Positions 39,081-48,212 of a stretch of 48,842 nucleotides of DNA are shown here, piece after piece (within the stretch, counting starts at the first letter, position 1; each line of letters begins with the position of its first letter). The notes beneath the pieces were generated by a model. The model saw only the letters and a list, made by a program, of their open reading frames with translations. It ran no database searches and was not told the origin of the DNA. A program made the position numbers and the translations under genes. This DNA is from an uncultured Natronomonas sp. (GTDB lineage Archaea > Halobacteriota > Halobacteria > Halobacteriales > Haloarculaceae): assembly GCA_964638655.1 (NCBI GenBank), contig CAZWZX010000001.1, positions 1,788-50,629 on the forward strand. The letters are read 5' to 3'.

Positions 39081-39635
39081 TCAGGGGAGCTTCGGCTGAT
39101 CGGATCGTGGAAGCACCTCAAAGGCGTTCAGCGCACACGCGAGCATCGCGTAGTACCCCATCGTTCCGGAAAGCTCCGTGACGCCCGATTCACCGAAGCG
39201 CCCGATCGCGGCTTCGAACGTTTCATCCGACACTGCGTGTTCCTCGAACAGCTCTCGCCCGTACTCGACGATCGTTCGCTCCCGACCGTTGAGATCCTCG
39301 GCCGACAGCGAGTCGGCGACGGCATCGATCGCCGCGCTACGCACACCGGCCTCTTCGGCGATCGGGACGTGTGCCGCCCACTCGTAGGCACAATCGAACG
39401 CCCGCGCCGTCGTGAGTATCGCGAGTTCCCGATCCGCATCGGGAAGCTCACCCTCGAAGCGGACGTACGCGCCGAGGTGACCGATCCGTCCCGCAAGCTC
39501 GGGGCTGTTCAAAAACACCGAGAACGGTCCGCTGACGTGGCCCCGACTCTCTTCGATCGCGTCGTAGTGATGTCGGCCGTCTTCCGGGACCGTCTCTCGA
39601 GAGGTGTGGTACCGAACGCGGTCTGAACTCGTCAT
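39081..39635 (-). CDS. Carboxymuconolactone decarboxylase/AhpD-like family protein
   Basis: GPF..FL.SPEL, RELAIL.TAR...C.YEW.AH...A..AG, ELSGTMGYY. Confidence 0.85.
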   Translation of the reverse strand: MTSSDRVRYHTSRETVPEDGRHHYDAIEESRGHVSGPFSVFLNSPELAGRIGHLGAYVRFEGELPDADRELAILTTARAFDCAYEWAAHVPIAEEAGVRSAAIDAVADSLSAEDLNGRERTIVEYGRELFEEHAVSDETFEAAIGRFGESGVTELSGTMGYYAMLACALNAFEVLPRSDQPKLP

Positions 39636-39810
39636 GCTGAAGGCGGCGAAACGGATCGTAATCAGCTTTTCTCTACCGAACGCAGACGTTCGACAGATTT
39701 CGACCGACCGTTCATCGGGGCTTGACAGAGGAAACGGGGTGATCGATCCCGAGAGTTCTTCGAAGGAATCAGCGACGCCCCGGTGTCGAACACAGTTTCA
39801 CACGGGCCGT

Positions 39811-41049
39811 TCAGACATCCGGCTCGGCCAACTCGAGTGCGGCGTTGGCGATCGTGTTGGCGGCCGCATAGCAGTCGTCCCAGCTGGTGTGCTCGTCCTC
39901 GTTGTGGCTCTTGCCGTCCTCGCTGACGGCGAAGACCATTCCGGTGTCACAGATCTCCGTCATGTGGGTTGCGTCGTGTCCGGCGCCGCTGACCAGACGC
40001 TGCCCGTCGTAGCCGAGGTCCTCGGCGGCCGACCCGATCGCCTCGACGCACCGATCGGCGAAGTCGACGCTTCCGGCCCGCATGCGCTCTTCGAGTTCCC
40101 AGTCGACGCCCTCCCGCTCGGCTGCGACCTTCGCTTCCTCTCGAACGCGTTCGACGGCCGTCTCGACGATCTCGTCTTTGGGATCCCGAAAGTCCCACGT
40201 GAACGTGACCTCCTCGGGGATGATGTTGATCGAGTTGGGTTTCGCGTCGATGTAGCCGGTCGTACCGACGGTCCGATCGCCGAGATCCGACGGGATCCGC
40301 CGGATCCGGTCGATGACCTCCGTCGCCGCGACGAGGGCGTCGGATCGCGAATACATCGGGGATGGCCCGGAGTGGTCCGCCTCGCCGTAATACGTGATTT
40401 CACCCCAGCTGAACCCGACGATCCCGGTGACGATACCGACGTCTTTGTCGTCGCGCTCCAGATACGGCCCCTGTTCGACGTGGAGCTCCAGATAGGCCGA
40501 GTAGTCGGTCAGGGGCGAGGCCGGATGCTCCCCCTTGTACCCGATCCGTTCGAGCTCCGCCTCGAACGTCTTCCCGTCGGTGTCGGTCTTTTCGTACTCC
40601 TCCTCGATGTCGTGGGCGCCGGCCCAGACGCCGCTTCCCTGCATCGCCGGATGGAACCGCGAGCCCTCCTCGTTCGTCCAGTTGACGATCTCGATCGGCC
40701 GTTCCGTCTCGATACCCTCGTCGTCGAGGGTTCTGATGAACTCCAGCGCGCTGATAACGCCCAGCGCACCGTCGTAGATCCCCCCGTAAGGCTGTGAGTC
40801 CAGATGCGAGCCGACCATCACGGGATCGGCCTCCGGATCCGTCCCGGCCCGTCGGCCGAACATGTTCCCGAATTCGTCGATCCGAACCGTCAGATCCGCC
40901 GCGTCCAGTTGTTCGTTGAACCAATCCCGGACTTCCCGGTCCGCATCGGACAGCGCGAGGCGGTGCAGCCCCCCACCCTCCGTCCCGCCGATCTCGGCCT
41001 GTGTCTTCATCGTCTCGACGAACCGTTCCCGATCGAGTTCTACTCGCAT
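39811..41049 (-). CDS. Zn-dependent N-carbamoyl-amino-acid/beta-ureidopropionase family amidohydrolase, copy 2
   Basis: GGLHRLALS, GSHLDSQPYGGIYDG.LGV, WTNEEGSRF, ELHVEQGP, GEADHSG..PM..R.DA, SGAGHD, GKSHNEDE; TTTTATT at 41072-41078. Confidence 0.93.
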   Translation of the reverse strand: MRVELDRERFVETMKTQAEIGGTEGGGLHRLALSDADREVRDWFNEQLDAADLTVRIDEFGNMFGRRAGTDPEADPVMVGSHLDSQPYGGIYDGALGVISALEFIRTLDDEGIETERPIEIVNWTNEEGSRFHPAMQGSGVWAGAHDIEEEYEKTDTDGKTFEAELERIGYKGEHPASPLTDYSAYLELHVEQGPYLERDDKDVGIVTGIVGFSWGEITYYGEADHSGPSPMYSRSDALVAATEVIDRIRRIPSDLGDRTVGTTGYIDAKPNSINIIPEEVTFTWDFRDPKDEIVETAVERVREEAKVAAEREGVDWELEERMRAGSVDFADRCVEAIGSAAEDLGYDGQRLVSGAGHDATHMTEICDTGMVFAVSEDGKSHNEDEHTSWDDCYAAANTIANAALELAEPDV

Positions 41050-41115
41050 ACGGACGTCTCCTCGGCCCGCGAATAAAACAGTATCCCGTTGCGCCGCGGT
41101 GTTTTCGCTTCCGCT

Positions 41116-42486
41116 TTATACCGAGACGTGACCGGTCCCGTCCTCGAAGGAGACGGTCGTCCCGAACGGCTCGGAGAGCTCCCCGACGTATTCGATGATT
41201 GCTTCCGCCTTCGATCCCTTCGCCCGCGTCGGAACGCCTTTATACACCGTCGGCGAGTCACGGAGGTATCCGGGGTGAAGTTCGATTCCCTCGAGCGAGA
41301 GCTCTTCGTCGAACGTACAGACGGGAACGAGGTTGCCGATCACCTTCCCGGAGAAGTACCCGCCCGGCGGGCTTTCGACTCTGCCGCCGTAGTCGGAATC
41401 GGAGTCGTCGTCCTCGCCGAACATGCTCGAAACGCCGCGGGCTTCGAACGCCTCCCCGGGCATCCCCTCGGCGGGATGCGTGTCCGGCCCGGCACCATAG
41501 CGGTCGTAGAACCGCGATGGAAGCCGCTCGACCGTATCGCTCATCATGAAGAAATCGCCCGGGTCGTAGAAGATCGGACAGCCCTCGTACAGTTCGATCC
41601 CACGAAGCGGCGCGTGGCTCCCCTGACAGAGCACGATGTCGGCCCCGGCTTCGATACACTCGCGCGCGAACGGCGGGAGGAACGGCGCGGGATCGCTCAG
41701 ATCCCCTTCCGTGTCCCACTCGTGAGTGTGGACGTGAGCGATCGTGAGATCCGCCTGTCGGTCCGATTCGGCGACCGCCCGGAGGTTGCCCTCCCGGTCG
41801 GCCTCGTCGATGACGCGAACCATTCCGTCGACGCTCTCGTCCTCGACGAACCGGTAGATCGTGTTGTGGATTCCTGGAGGATTCAGCAGCCACTCGCCGG
41901 CCTCGCCCGGCGTGATCCACAGTCCGGCGGCCTTCGCGAGGTCCCGTATCGTCTCGATGTACGCCGGACTCGCGGCGTAATACGTATCCAGCGTGTTCGT
42001 CCCCGGTCGCCCCTGCATGTCGCGGCGGGCTTCCCCCGCCTTGCTCCAGGGGGTGAAAGACGTCGTCATCGAGACGAGGCCGACCCGACCGCCCGGTGTC
42101 TCCCGGTAGGTCGGCGTCCGGGCCTCGGCGAGGTTCCGGCCCGTCCCCGCGTGATCGACCCCGGCCGACTCGAGGGTGTCCCACGTCGACTCGAGGGCGC
42201 CGTAGGAGTAATCGAGCGCGTGGTTCGAGGCGTGTGACACCATATCGAACCCCGCCCAGTTCAGTTCCTCGACGATCTCGGGCTCCGATCGCATCCACGT
42301 GCCGCCCGCCTCCGCCGCGGGGTACACTTCCGGATCGTCGTAGTCGAAAAACAGCGTCTCCAGGTGAGTGAACCCGATATCGGCCGACTGAAACTGCTCC
42401 ATCAGCGACCGGAACCCCTCGTCCGAACACATCGACACGCGTCGGTTGATGATCGCATCCCCTGAAAGCGCGACTGAAAGTCCCAT
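41116..42486 (-). CDS. CapA (PGA_cap) family metallophosphoesterase-fold protein, no signal peptide
   Basis: LSGD, THLET, ASNHALDY, AGTG.NL.EAR.P, HVHTHE, CIEAGAD, GSH..RGIELY.G.PIFY; TTTTTAA at 42511-42517 supports ATG 42486. Confidence 0.85.
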   Translation of the reverse strand: MGLSVALSGDAIINRRVSMCSDEGFRSLMEQFQSADIGFTHLETLFFDYDDPEVYPAAEAGGTWMRSEPEIVEELNWAGFDMVSHASNHALDYSYGALESTWDTLESAGVDHAGTGRNLAEARTPTYRETPGGRVGLVSMTTSFTPWSKAGEARRDMQGRPGTNTLDTYYAASPAYIETIRDLAKAAGLWITPGEAGEWLLNPPGIHNTIYRFVEDESVDGMVRVIDEADREGNLRAVAESDRQADLTIAHVHTHEWDTEGDLSDPAPFLPPFARECIEAGADIVLCQGSHAPLRGIELYEGCPIFYDPGDFFMMSDTVERLPSRFYDRYGAGPDTHPAEGMPGEAFEARGVSSMFGEDDDSDSDYGGRVESPPGGYFSGKVIGNLVPVCTFDEELSLEGIELHPGYLRDSPTVYKGVPTRAKGSKAEAIIEYVGELSEPFGTTVSFEDGTGHVSV

Positions 42487-42609
42487 GGAATGTAGCGTCG
42501 CCACAGGAGGTTAAAAACCTATGTCCGTCGTGGTCGGGACGGTCCCGCGCGATGGATGTGTGGATACATCGTTTCGACGTCGAATCCCGAACTTTCGGGT
42601 GAACTCGAC

Positions 42610-44016
42610 TCAGCGCTCCGGGACGCTCCGGGGGACCGCCTTCGACGTCGTCCCGTCGGCCGGAACGATCTCGCCGTATCCCGACTCGGCGGCCAACGAC
42701 CCCGCCTCGTAGACGACCTCGCCCCGGACGACGGTCATCGTCGGTTCCCCGACGAAGCGCTCGCCGTTGAACGGCGTCGTCTTGCTCTTCGAGTGGAGAT
42801 CTTCCTTCCGTTGGGTCCACTCGGCCCCGGGATCAACGATCGTGAAGTCGGCGTCGGTTCCGACGGCCAGCGAGCCCTTCTGTGGGTACAATCCCCAGAT
42901 CTGTGCCGGGCGCGTGCTGTGCATGTATGCCCACTGTTCGGGGGAGAGCCGCCCCTCCGAGACGAACGTCGACATGACGCCGACCTCCGATTCCAGCCCG
43001 ACGAACCCCGCGGCGCTCTCCCAGGTGTTCCCGAACGGCTCGCCGGCGCCCTTCTCCCCGTCGGTGTGTGGCGCGTGATCGGTCGCGATACAGTCGACCG
43101 CCCCGCCGTCCATTCCGGTCTCCCAGAGGCGCTCGCGCTCGTCGGCGTTTCGGATCGGCGGCTGGATACGGGCGACGTTTCCCTTCTCGTTCAATACGTC
43201 CTCGGTGAACCACAGGTAATGCGGACAGGTCTCGGCGGTGACGTTCACGCCGTCGGACTTCCCCTCGGCGACGAGTTCCGCACCCGTTCCTGAGGAGAGA
43301 TGGAACATGTGGACCGGACAGTCGGCGTGGTCGGCCAGGAGGATGATCCGCGAGACCGCCTCCGCCTCGGCGACGACCGGTCGCGAGTGGGCGTGATCGA
43401 TCGGATCGTTGCGCCCCTCGGCTCTGTACCGCGTCTCGAAGTACGTCAGGATGTCGTCGTTCTCCTCGTGAAAGCCGATCCGTTTGTCGATCTCGGCGGC
43501 CTGCTCCATGGCGGCGTACAACTCGCCGTCGTCCGGCGGATCGATGTTACCGACCGTCGTCCCGAGAAAGACCTTGAAACCCGCTGCCCCGGCATCGGCG
43601 AGCGCTTCGACCCGATCGTAGTTTTCGGATGTCAACACCGCATACGACTGAAAATCGACGTGTGCGTCGCCGTCGGCGATCTCGTAGACCTGCGCTAACG
43701 TCTCCGGAGAGTCGATTATCGGGTCGGTGTTGGGCATCGCGACGAGCGTGGTGACGCCGCCGGCGGCCGCCGCGGCGGTCGCGCTCGCCCAGTCCTCTTT
43801 GTACTCCTGTCCCGGCGATCGGACGTGGACGTGTCCGTCGACGACGCCCGGCAGGAGGTACTGTCCGTCCAGATCGACGGCGCGGTCGGCCGCACCGAGT
43901 TCTGCCGGATCGCCGACCGCCGCGATGGTGCCGTCCCTCACCCCGATCGAGAGCTCGGACTCGACCCCGTCGGGCGTGACGACCCGTCCGTTCTCGAACT
44001 TGCTGTCGAATGCCAT
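42610..44016 (-). CDS. Cyclic amidohydrolase, dihydroorotase/allantoinase family, copy 1
   Basis: LPGVVDGHVHVRSPG, AGGVTT...MPN, GFKVF, FHEE, FHLS, ETCPHYL, QPPIR, ATDHAPH, KGSL.VG.DAD. Confidence 0.93.
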   Translation of the reverse strand: MAFDSKFENGRVVTPDGVESELSIGVRDGTIAAVGDPAELGAADRAVDLDGQYLLPGVVDGHVHVRSPGQEYKEDWASATAAAAAGGVTTLVAMPNTDPIIDSPETLAQVYEIADGDAHVDFQSYAVLTSENYDRVEALADAGAAGFKVFLGTTVGNIDPPDDGELYAAMEQAAEIDKRIGFHEENDDILTYFETRYRAEGRNDPIDHAHSRPVVAEAEAVSRIILLADHADCPVHMFHLSSGTGAELVAEGKSDGVNVTAETCPHYLWFTEDVLNEKGNVARIQPPIRNADERERLWETGMDGGAVDCIATDHAPHTDGEKGAGEPFGNTWESAAGFVGLESEVGVMSTFVSEGRLSPEQWAYMHSTRPAQIWGLYPQKGSLAVGTDADFTIVDPGAEWTQRKEDLHSKSKTTPFNGERFVGEPTMTVVRGEVVYEAGSLAAESGYGEIVPADGTTSKAVPRSVPER

Positions 44017-44096
44017 ATCGACACATCGACACGGACGGAAATGTATGTTCGTGCTCGAAGAGAGTTCGTTCGACGCGGCCGGGAACGCCGGCCCAA

Positions 44097-45446
44097 TCAC
44101 CGAGTGAGAAACGCCCCCTGCCCCGCCTCGCCGACGGGGCGCATGTCCTCGGCGATCCGCCGCCCGCGTTGATACGTCGCCACCGGGCGGCCGGTGAGCG
44201 TCATCCCGTCGAAGGGACTGTACTCGCCGGCCGAGGCGAACGCCCCCGCGTCGACCGTCCACTCGGCGTCGGGGTCGACGACGACGAAATCCGCGTCCGA
44301 GCCGACCTGTATCGTCCCTTTCTTCGGATAGAGTCCGTGGATCCGCGCCGGCCGTTCGGCGTACAGCTCCGCGATCCTCGGAAGCGAGAGCCGACCGCGG
44401 GACGCCGCATCGAGCAGCGACGGCAGCGCCGTCTCCAGCTGCGGCATCCCCGGTGCGACCTCGGTCGGCGGTCGCTCTTTCTCCTCGAGTCGGTGCGGGG
44501 CGTGATCGCTGCCGAACAGGTCGACGTCACCGGACTCGACTCGATCCCACAGCGCCTCGCGGTTCGGCTCGTCGCGGGCCGGCGGCGTTCCGATGCCGTG
44601 GGGCCCGATCTCCTCGATGTCCGATCGGCTGAAGGCGAGATGATACGGCGTCACCTCGGTCCAGACCGGCTGTCCGGCCGCCTTCTCGGCCTGCGTCCGA
44701 TCGATCGCCTCGGCCGTCGTCGTGTGGACGATGACCGTCTCAGTCCCGGTGTCGACGACGATGTCCAACACGTCCGAGACGGCCGTCGTCTCGGCGATCT
44801 CCGGCCGAGCCTCGAAGAACGCTGCCATCTCCTCGCCGTGCGCTTCGATCGCACGGTCCCGGAAAAGATCGAGGTACTCCTCGTCTTCGGCGTGGATATA
44901 CAGCGGCCGATCGGACGCCTCGACCTCCTCGAAGGCCCGGTAGAGCTCGCCCTTGTCGCTCATCAAAAGCGGGCCGAAACTCGTCGCCATGAACGTTTTG
45001 AACGCCGTAGCACCGGCATCGGCCATCGCCGCGATGTCGCCGGTGCCGACGTTCTCCTCGGTTATCGCCCCGAACAGCGCGAAATCGACGTGGGACTTCG
45101 ACTCGAACAGATCGGCCTTCGACTCGAATCGATCGACGGTGAGCACCGGGGGAACGGTGTTGGGCATCTCGATCACCGTCGTGATACCGCCCGCGGCGGC
45201 GGCGGCGGTTCCGGTCTCGATACCCTCCTTTTCGGTGTATCCCGGCTCCCGGAAGTGAACGTGGCCGTCGACCAGCCCCGGGAGGACGATCTCTCCCTCG
45301 AGGACGAGTTCGTCTTTCGCCTCGAGCGCGACGTCGGGTGCAACGATGTGACTGATCTCGCCGTCGGTCACGCCGAGCGTCGCCGCCCGGAGTTCGCCGT
45401 CGAGCAGCACTCGCCCACCGGTCACCGATAGGTCGATTACGGACAT
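44097..45446 (-). CDS. Cyclic amidohydrolase, dihydroorotase/allantoinase family, copy 2
   Basis: LPGLVDGHVHFREPG, AGGITT..EMPN, AFKTF, IHAE, VH, EVTPYHL, TPPAR, GSDHAPH, KGTI.VG.DAD. Confidence 0.93.
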   Translation of the reverse strand: MSVIDLSVTGGRVLLDGELRAATLGVTDGEISHIVAPDVALEAKDELVLEGEIVLPGLVDGHVHFREPGYTEKEGIETGTAAAAAGGITTVIEMPNTVPPVLTVDRFESKADLFESKSHVDFALFGAITEENVGTGDIAAMADAGATAFKTFMATSFGPLLMSDKGELYRAFEEVEASDRPLYIHAEDEEYLDLFRDRAIEAHGEEMAAFFEARPEIAETTAVSDVLDIVVDTGTETVIVHTTTAEAIDRTQAEKAAGQPVWTEVTPYHLAFSRSDIEEIGPHGIGTPPARDEPNREALWDRVESGDVDLFGSDHAPHRLEEKERPPTEVAPGMPQLETALPSLLDAASRGRLSLPRIAELYAERPARIHGLYPKKGTIQVGSDADFVVVDPDAEWTVDAGAFASAGEYSPFDGMTLTGRPVATYQRGRRIAEDMRPVGEAGQGAFLTR

Positions 45447-45546
45447 GTTTTGTTCTTCCACGGAGCGCTCTTAGTTCCCCCGTTGATGCGCCGGACCGAG
45501 AGTGGAACCGCAAAGAGTTTTGTTCCTGTCGGCGATCCGTTCATTC

Positions 45547-46764
45547 ATGCCAGACGGTGACACGATATACGAGGAGTTCGGCGCCCGGCGGGTCATAAAC
45601 GGCGTGGGCACCCGAACGCAGGTCGGCGGCGCACGCCCACGCGAGGGCGTCGTCGAGGCGATGGAGCGGGCCGCCGAATCGCACGTCTACGTCCCGGAAC
45701 TGCAGGCGAGAGCCTCCGAGTTGATCGCCGAGGCGACGGGGGCCGACGCCGGGGTCGTCACCGCCGGTTCGGCCGCAGGACTGACGCTCGCCGCGGCCGC
45801 CTGCCTCGCCGGTGACGACTACGCGAGGATGGCGAGTCTGCCGGATACGAGCGGGTTCCCGGACGAGATCCTCGTCCCCAGAGCCCACCGGTTCAAATAC
45901 GACGTCGGGTTACGGGCCAGCGGGGCGAAACTGATCGATCTCGGACACGTCTCCCATCACCCAATCGACGGCGGCGCAGATCGGGTCGAACCCTGGGAGA
46001 TCGAGTCGGCGATCGACGAACGGACCGCCGCGATCGCGTACGTCCAGCGACCCCACAACGTCCTCGATCTGGAGACGGTAACGAGGGTCGCAAGCGGTCA
46101 CGACGTTCCGGTCATCGTCGACGCGGCGAGCGAAGTCCCGCCGAAGGAAAACCTCGAACGGTTCCACGAGGAGGGCGCCGATCTCGTCGTGTTCAGCGGC
46201 GGGAAGGGAATCCGCGGCCCCCAATCGACCGGGATCGTCTCGGGGCGGGAAGATCTCGTCAGATCGATCGCGCTCCAACAGCTTCCCGACGGTTATCACG
46301 ACGATCTGTGGGAGCCCCCGGAAACGCTGATCGATCGGACGGGACTCCCCGAGGGAACGCCCGCGACGAATCTCGGCCGGCCGCTGAAGGTCGGTCCCGA
46401 AGAGATCGTCGGACTGATGGTCGCCCTCGAGGGCTTTCTCGAGGAGGACCACGAGGCCACGCTCGAGACCTGGCGGGAACGGGCCGAACGGATCGCCGAC
46501 GGCCTCGATTCGAGCCCGCATCTCGAGATACGGCTCTCGGACGGACACGACAAGGCCAGCGGCGTGCCGAAGGTACTTGGCCGCGTTCGGGAGACCGCAC
46601 CGCTTTCGGCGCTGGAACTCGTCCGCTCGCTTCGCCGCGGGGATCCGCGCGTGTGGCTCGGCGAGCGACGCGTGCATCTCGGGGAGTTCACCGTCTCGCC
46701 GCAGGAACTCACCGATCCGGAGGCGTCGTCTCTTATCGAACGGGTACTCGAGGAGATCGGATAA
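45547..46764 (+). CDS. SelA-like / DgaE-like PLP-dependent enzyme
   Basis: RRVIN.VG..T.VGG, IAEATGA, PVIVDAA, GADLVVFSGGKGIRGPQSTG, LGRPLKVG.EEI.GL..AL. Confidence 0.87.
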   Translation: MPDGDTIYEEFGARRVINGVGTRTQVGGARPREGVVEAMERAAESHVYVPELQARASELIAEATGADAGVVTAGSAAGLTLAAAACLAGDDYARMASLPDTSGFPDEILVPRAHRFKYDVGLRASGAKLIDLGHVSHHPIDGGADRVEPWEIESAIDERTAAIAYVQRPHNVLDLETVTRVASGHDVPVIVDAASEVPPKENLERFHEEGADLVVFSGGKGIRGPQSTGIVSGREDLVRSIALQQLPDGYHDDLWEPPETLIDRTGLPEGTPATNLGRPLKVGPEEIVGLMVALEGFLEEDHEATLETWRERAERIADGLDSSPHLEIRLSDGHDKASGVPKVLGRVRETAPLSALELVRSLRRGDPRVWLGERRVHLGEFTVSPQELTDPEASSLIERVLEEIG

Positions 46765-46786
46765 CAAAAGAGACGGCTCGAAAACG

Positions 46787-48124
46787 CTATTCCATCTTGG
46801 CGTCCGAGATCTTCAGGGCCTCGTCCAGCGCCGCGACCGCCTCGTCGACGTGTGCTTCCGTGATCGTCAGCGGCGGCGTGACGACGATCGTGTTCACCGA
46901 CGTGTAGAAGTAGACGTCGTTCTCCAGCGCTTTCGCCCCGACCTCTTTGAGCACCGTCTTCTCCCCGGAGAGCTTGTCGCTTCGCTCCTCGAAGGGCACC
47001 CGTTTCTCCTCGCTCCGGGTGAGTTCGAGTCCCTGATGGAGGCCGACACCGCGGCGCTCGCCGACGCTCGGGTGTCGGTCGGCCAGCGCTTCGAGTTCGG
47101 ATTTCAGATACGCGCCCATCTCGCGGGCGTTCTCGACGAGCCCCTCGTCCTCGTAGGTCTCGACCGCGGCCACCCCCGCCGCACAGGCGACCGGATGTCC
47201 GGAGAACGTGTGGCCCTGGTTGAGGAGGTTGTCCTCGAAGTGCTCGGCGATCTCCTCGGTGACGGTCGTCGCCGCGAGGGGTTGATACGAACCGGTCAGC
47301 CCCTTCGCCATCGTGATGATGTCGGGTTCGGCCCCGTACAGCGTCGAGGCGAACCACTCGCCGGTCCGCCCGAAGCCGGTCATCACCTCGTCACAGATCA
47401 ACAGCGCGCCGTGGTCGTGAGCGATCTCCTGCAGTCGGGGCAGGTAATCGTCCGGCGGCGTCAACACGCCGTTCGATCCCACGAGCGGTTCGACCAACAC
47501 ACCGGCGACCGTCCCGCCCTCCAGTTCGAGCATCTCGTCGATGTACTCGAGGCTCTGTTCGGGGTCGAGGCTCGAACCGTACGCGTAGGGGTCGGGCGCT
47601 TTCACCATCCCGGGGACCTCCGGCTGGATCTCGGGCCCCTGTGCGACCCGGCGTGGATCGCCCGACGCCGACAGCGAGGCGGCGGTCGCGCCGTGATACG
47701 AGCGGTACCGCGAGAGGATCTTGTGGTTTCCCGTGTAGGATCTGGCGATCTTGAACGCGACCTCGTTGGCCTCGGTGCCGCTCGTCGAGTAGAACGTCTT
47801 TTTCAGCGAGCCGGGGGTGATCTCGGCGAGTTTCTCCGAGAGCTTCGCCCGCGGCTCGGTCGACCAGCCCGGGTTTACGTAGGGTACCTCACGGATCTGC
47901 TCGGAAACGGCGTCACACACCCGCTCGGCGTCGTAGCCGAGGCTCGTACAGACGTACTGGCTGCTGAAATCGAGGATCGAATCGCCGTCGGCGGTGACGA
48001 TCCGCGGCCCCTCGGTGTCGACGATCTGTGTCGGATCGAAGTCCCGCTGGCGTGTCCACGTTCCCAGGGTATACTCCTTGTCGAGCCGCTCTATCTCGTT
48101 TCGCTCGGTCTGCTTGCCGGCCAT
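46787..48124 (-). CDS. PLP-dependent aminotransferase, class III (omega-amino acid: beta-alanine/GABA/taurine-type)
   Basis: LDFSSQ, SGTEANE.A.K, SYHG.T, ICDEVMTGFGRTG, PDIITMAKGLT, GHTFSGHP, TPPL. Confidence 0.94.
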   Translation of the reverse strand: MAGKQTERNEIERLDKEYTLGTWTRQRDFDPTQIVDTEGPRIVTADGDSILDFSSQYVCTSLGYDAERVCDAVSEQIREVPYVNPGWSTEPRAKLSEKLAEITPGSLKKTFYSTSGTEANEVAFKIARSYTGNHKILSRYRSYHGATAASLSASGDPRRVAQGPEIQPEVPGMVKAPDPYAYGSSLDPEQSLEYIDEMLELEGGTVAGVLVEPLVGSNGVLTPPDDYLPRLQEIAHDHGALLICDEVMTGFGRTGEWFASTLYGAEPDIITMAKGLTGSYQPLAATTVTEEIAEHFEDNLLNQGHTFSGHPVACAAGVAAVETYEDEGLVENAREMGAYLKSELEALADRHPSVGERRGVGLHQGLELTRSEEKRVPFEERSDKLSGEKTVLKEVGAKALENDVYFYTSVNTIVVTPPLTITEAHVDEAVAALDEALKISDAKME

Positions 48125-48212
48125 ATCCGACAATCTGCCGCCAATACCAAGAAGCTACCTCTACAGGAGTATACGATAGGGATCTGGTTCGGTGTGTGGC
48201 GTCTCGAATTCG

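Noticed and set aside
8640-45446. Complete classical purine degradation pathway (guanine to urea via allantoin)
   Set aside because: No uricase, HIU hydrolase, OHCU decarboxylase or ureidoglycolate lyase in the window, and the cyclic amidohydrolases look dihydroorotase-like; possible only with genes elsewhere
45547-46764. Selenocysteine synthase or selenoprotein system
   Set aside because: No tRNA-Sec, SelB, SelD or in-frame UGA in the neighbouring enzymes
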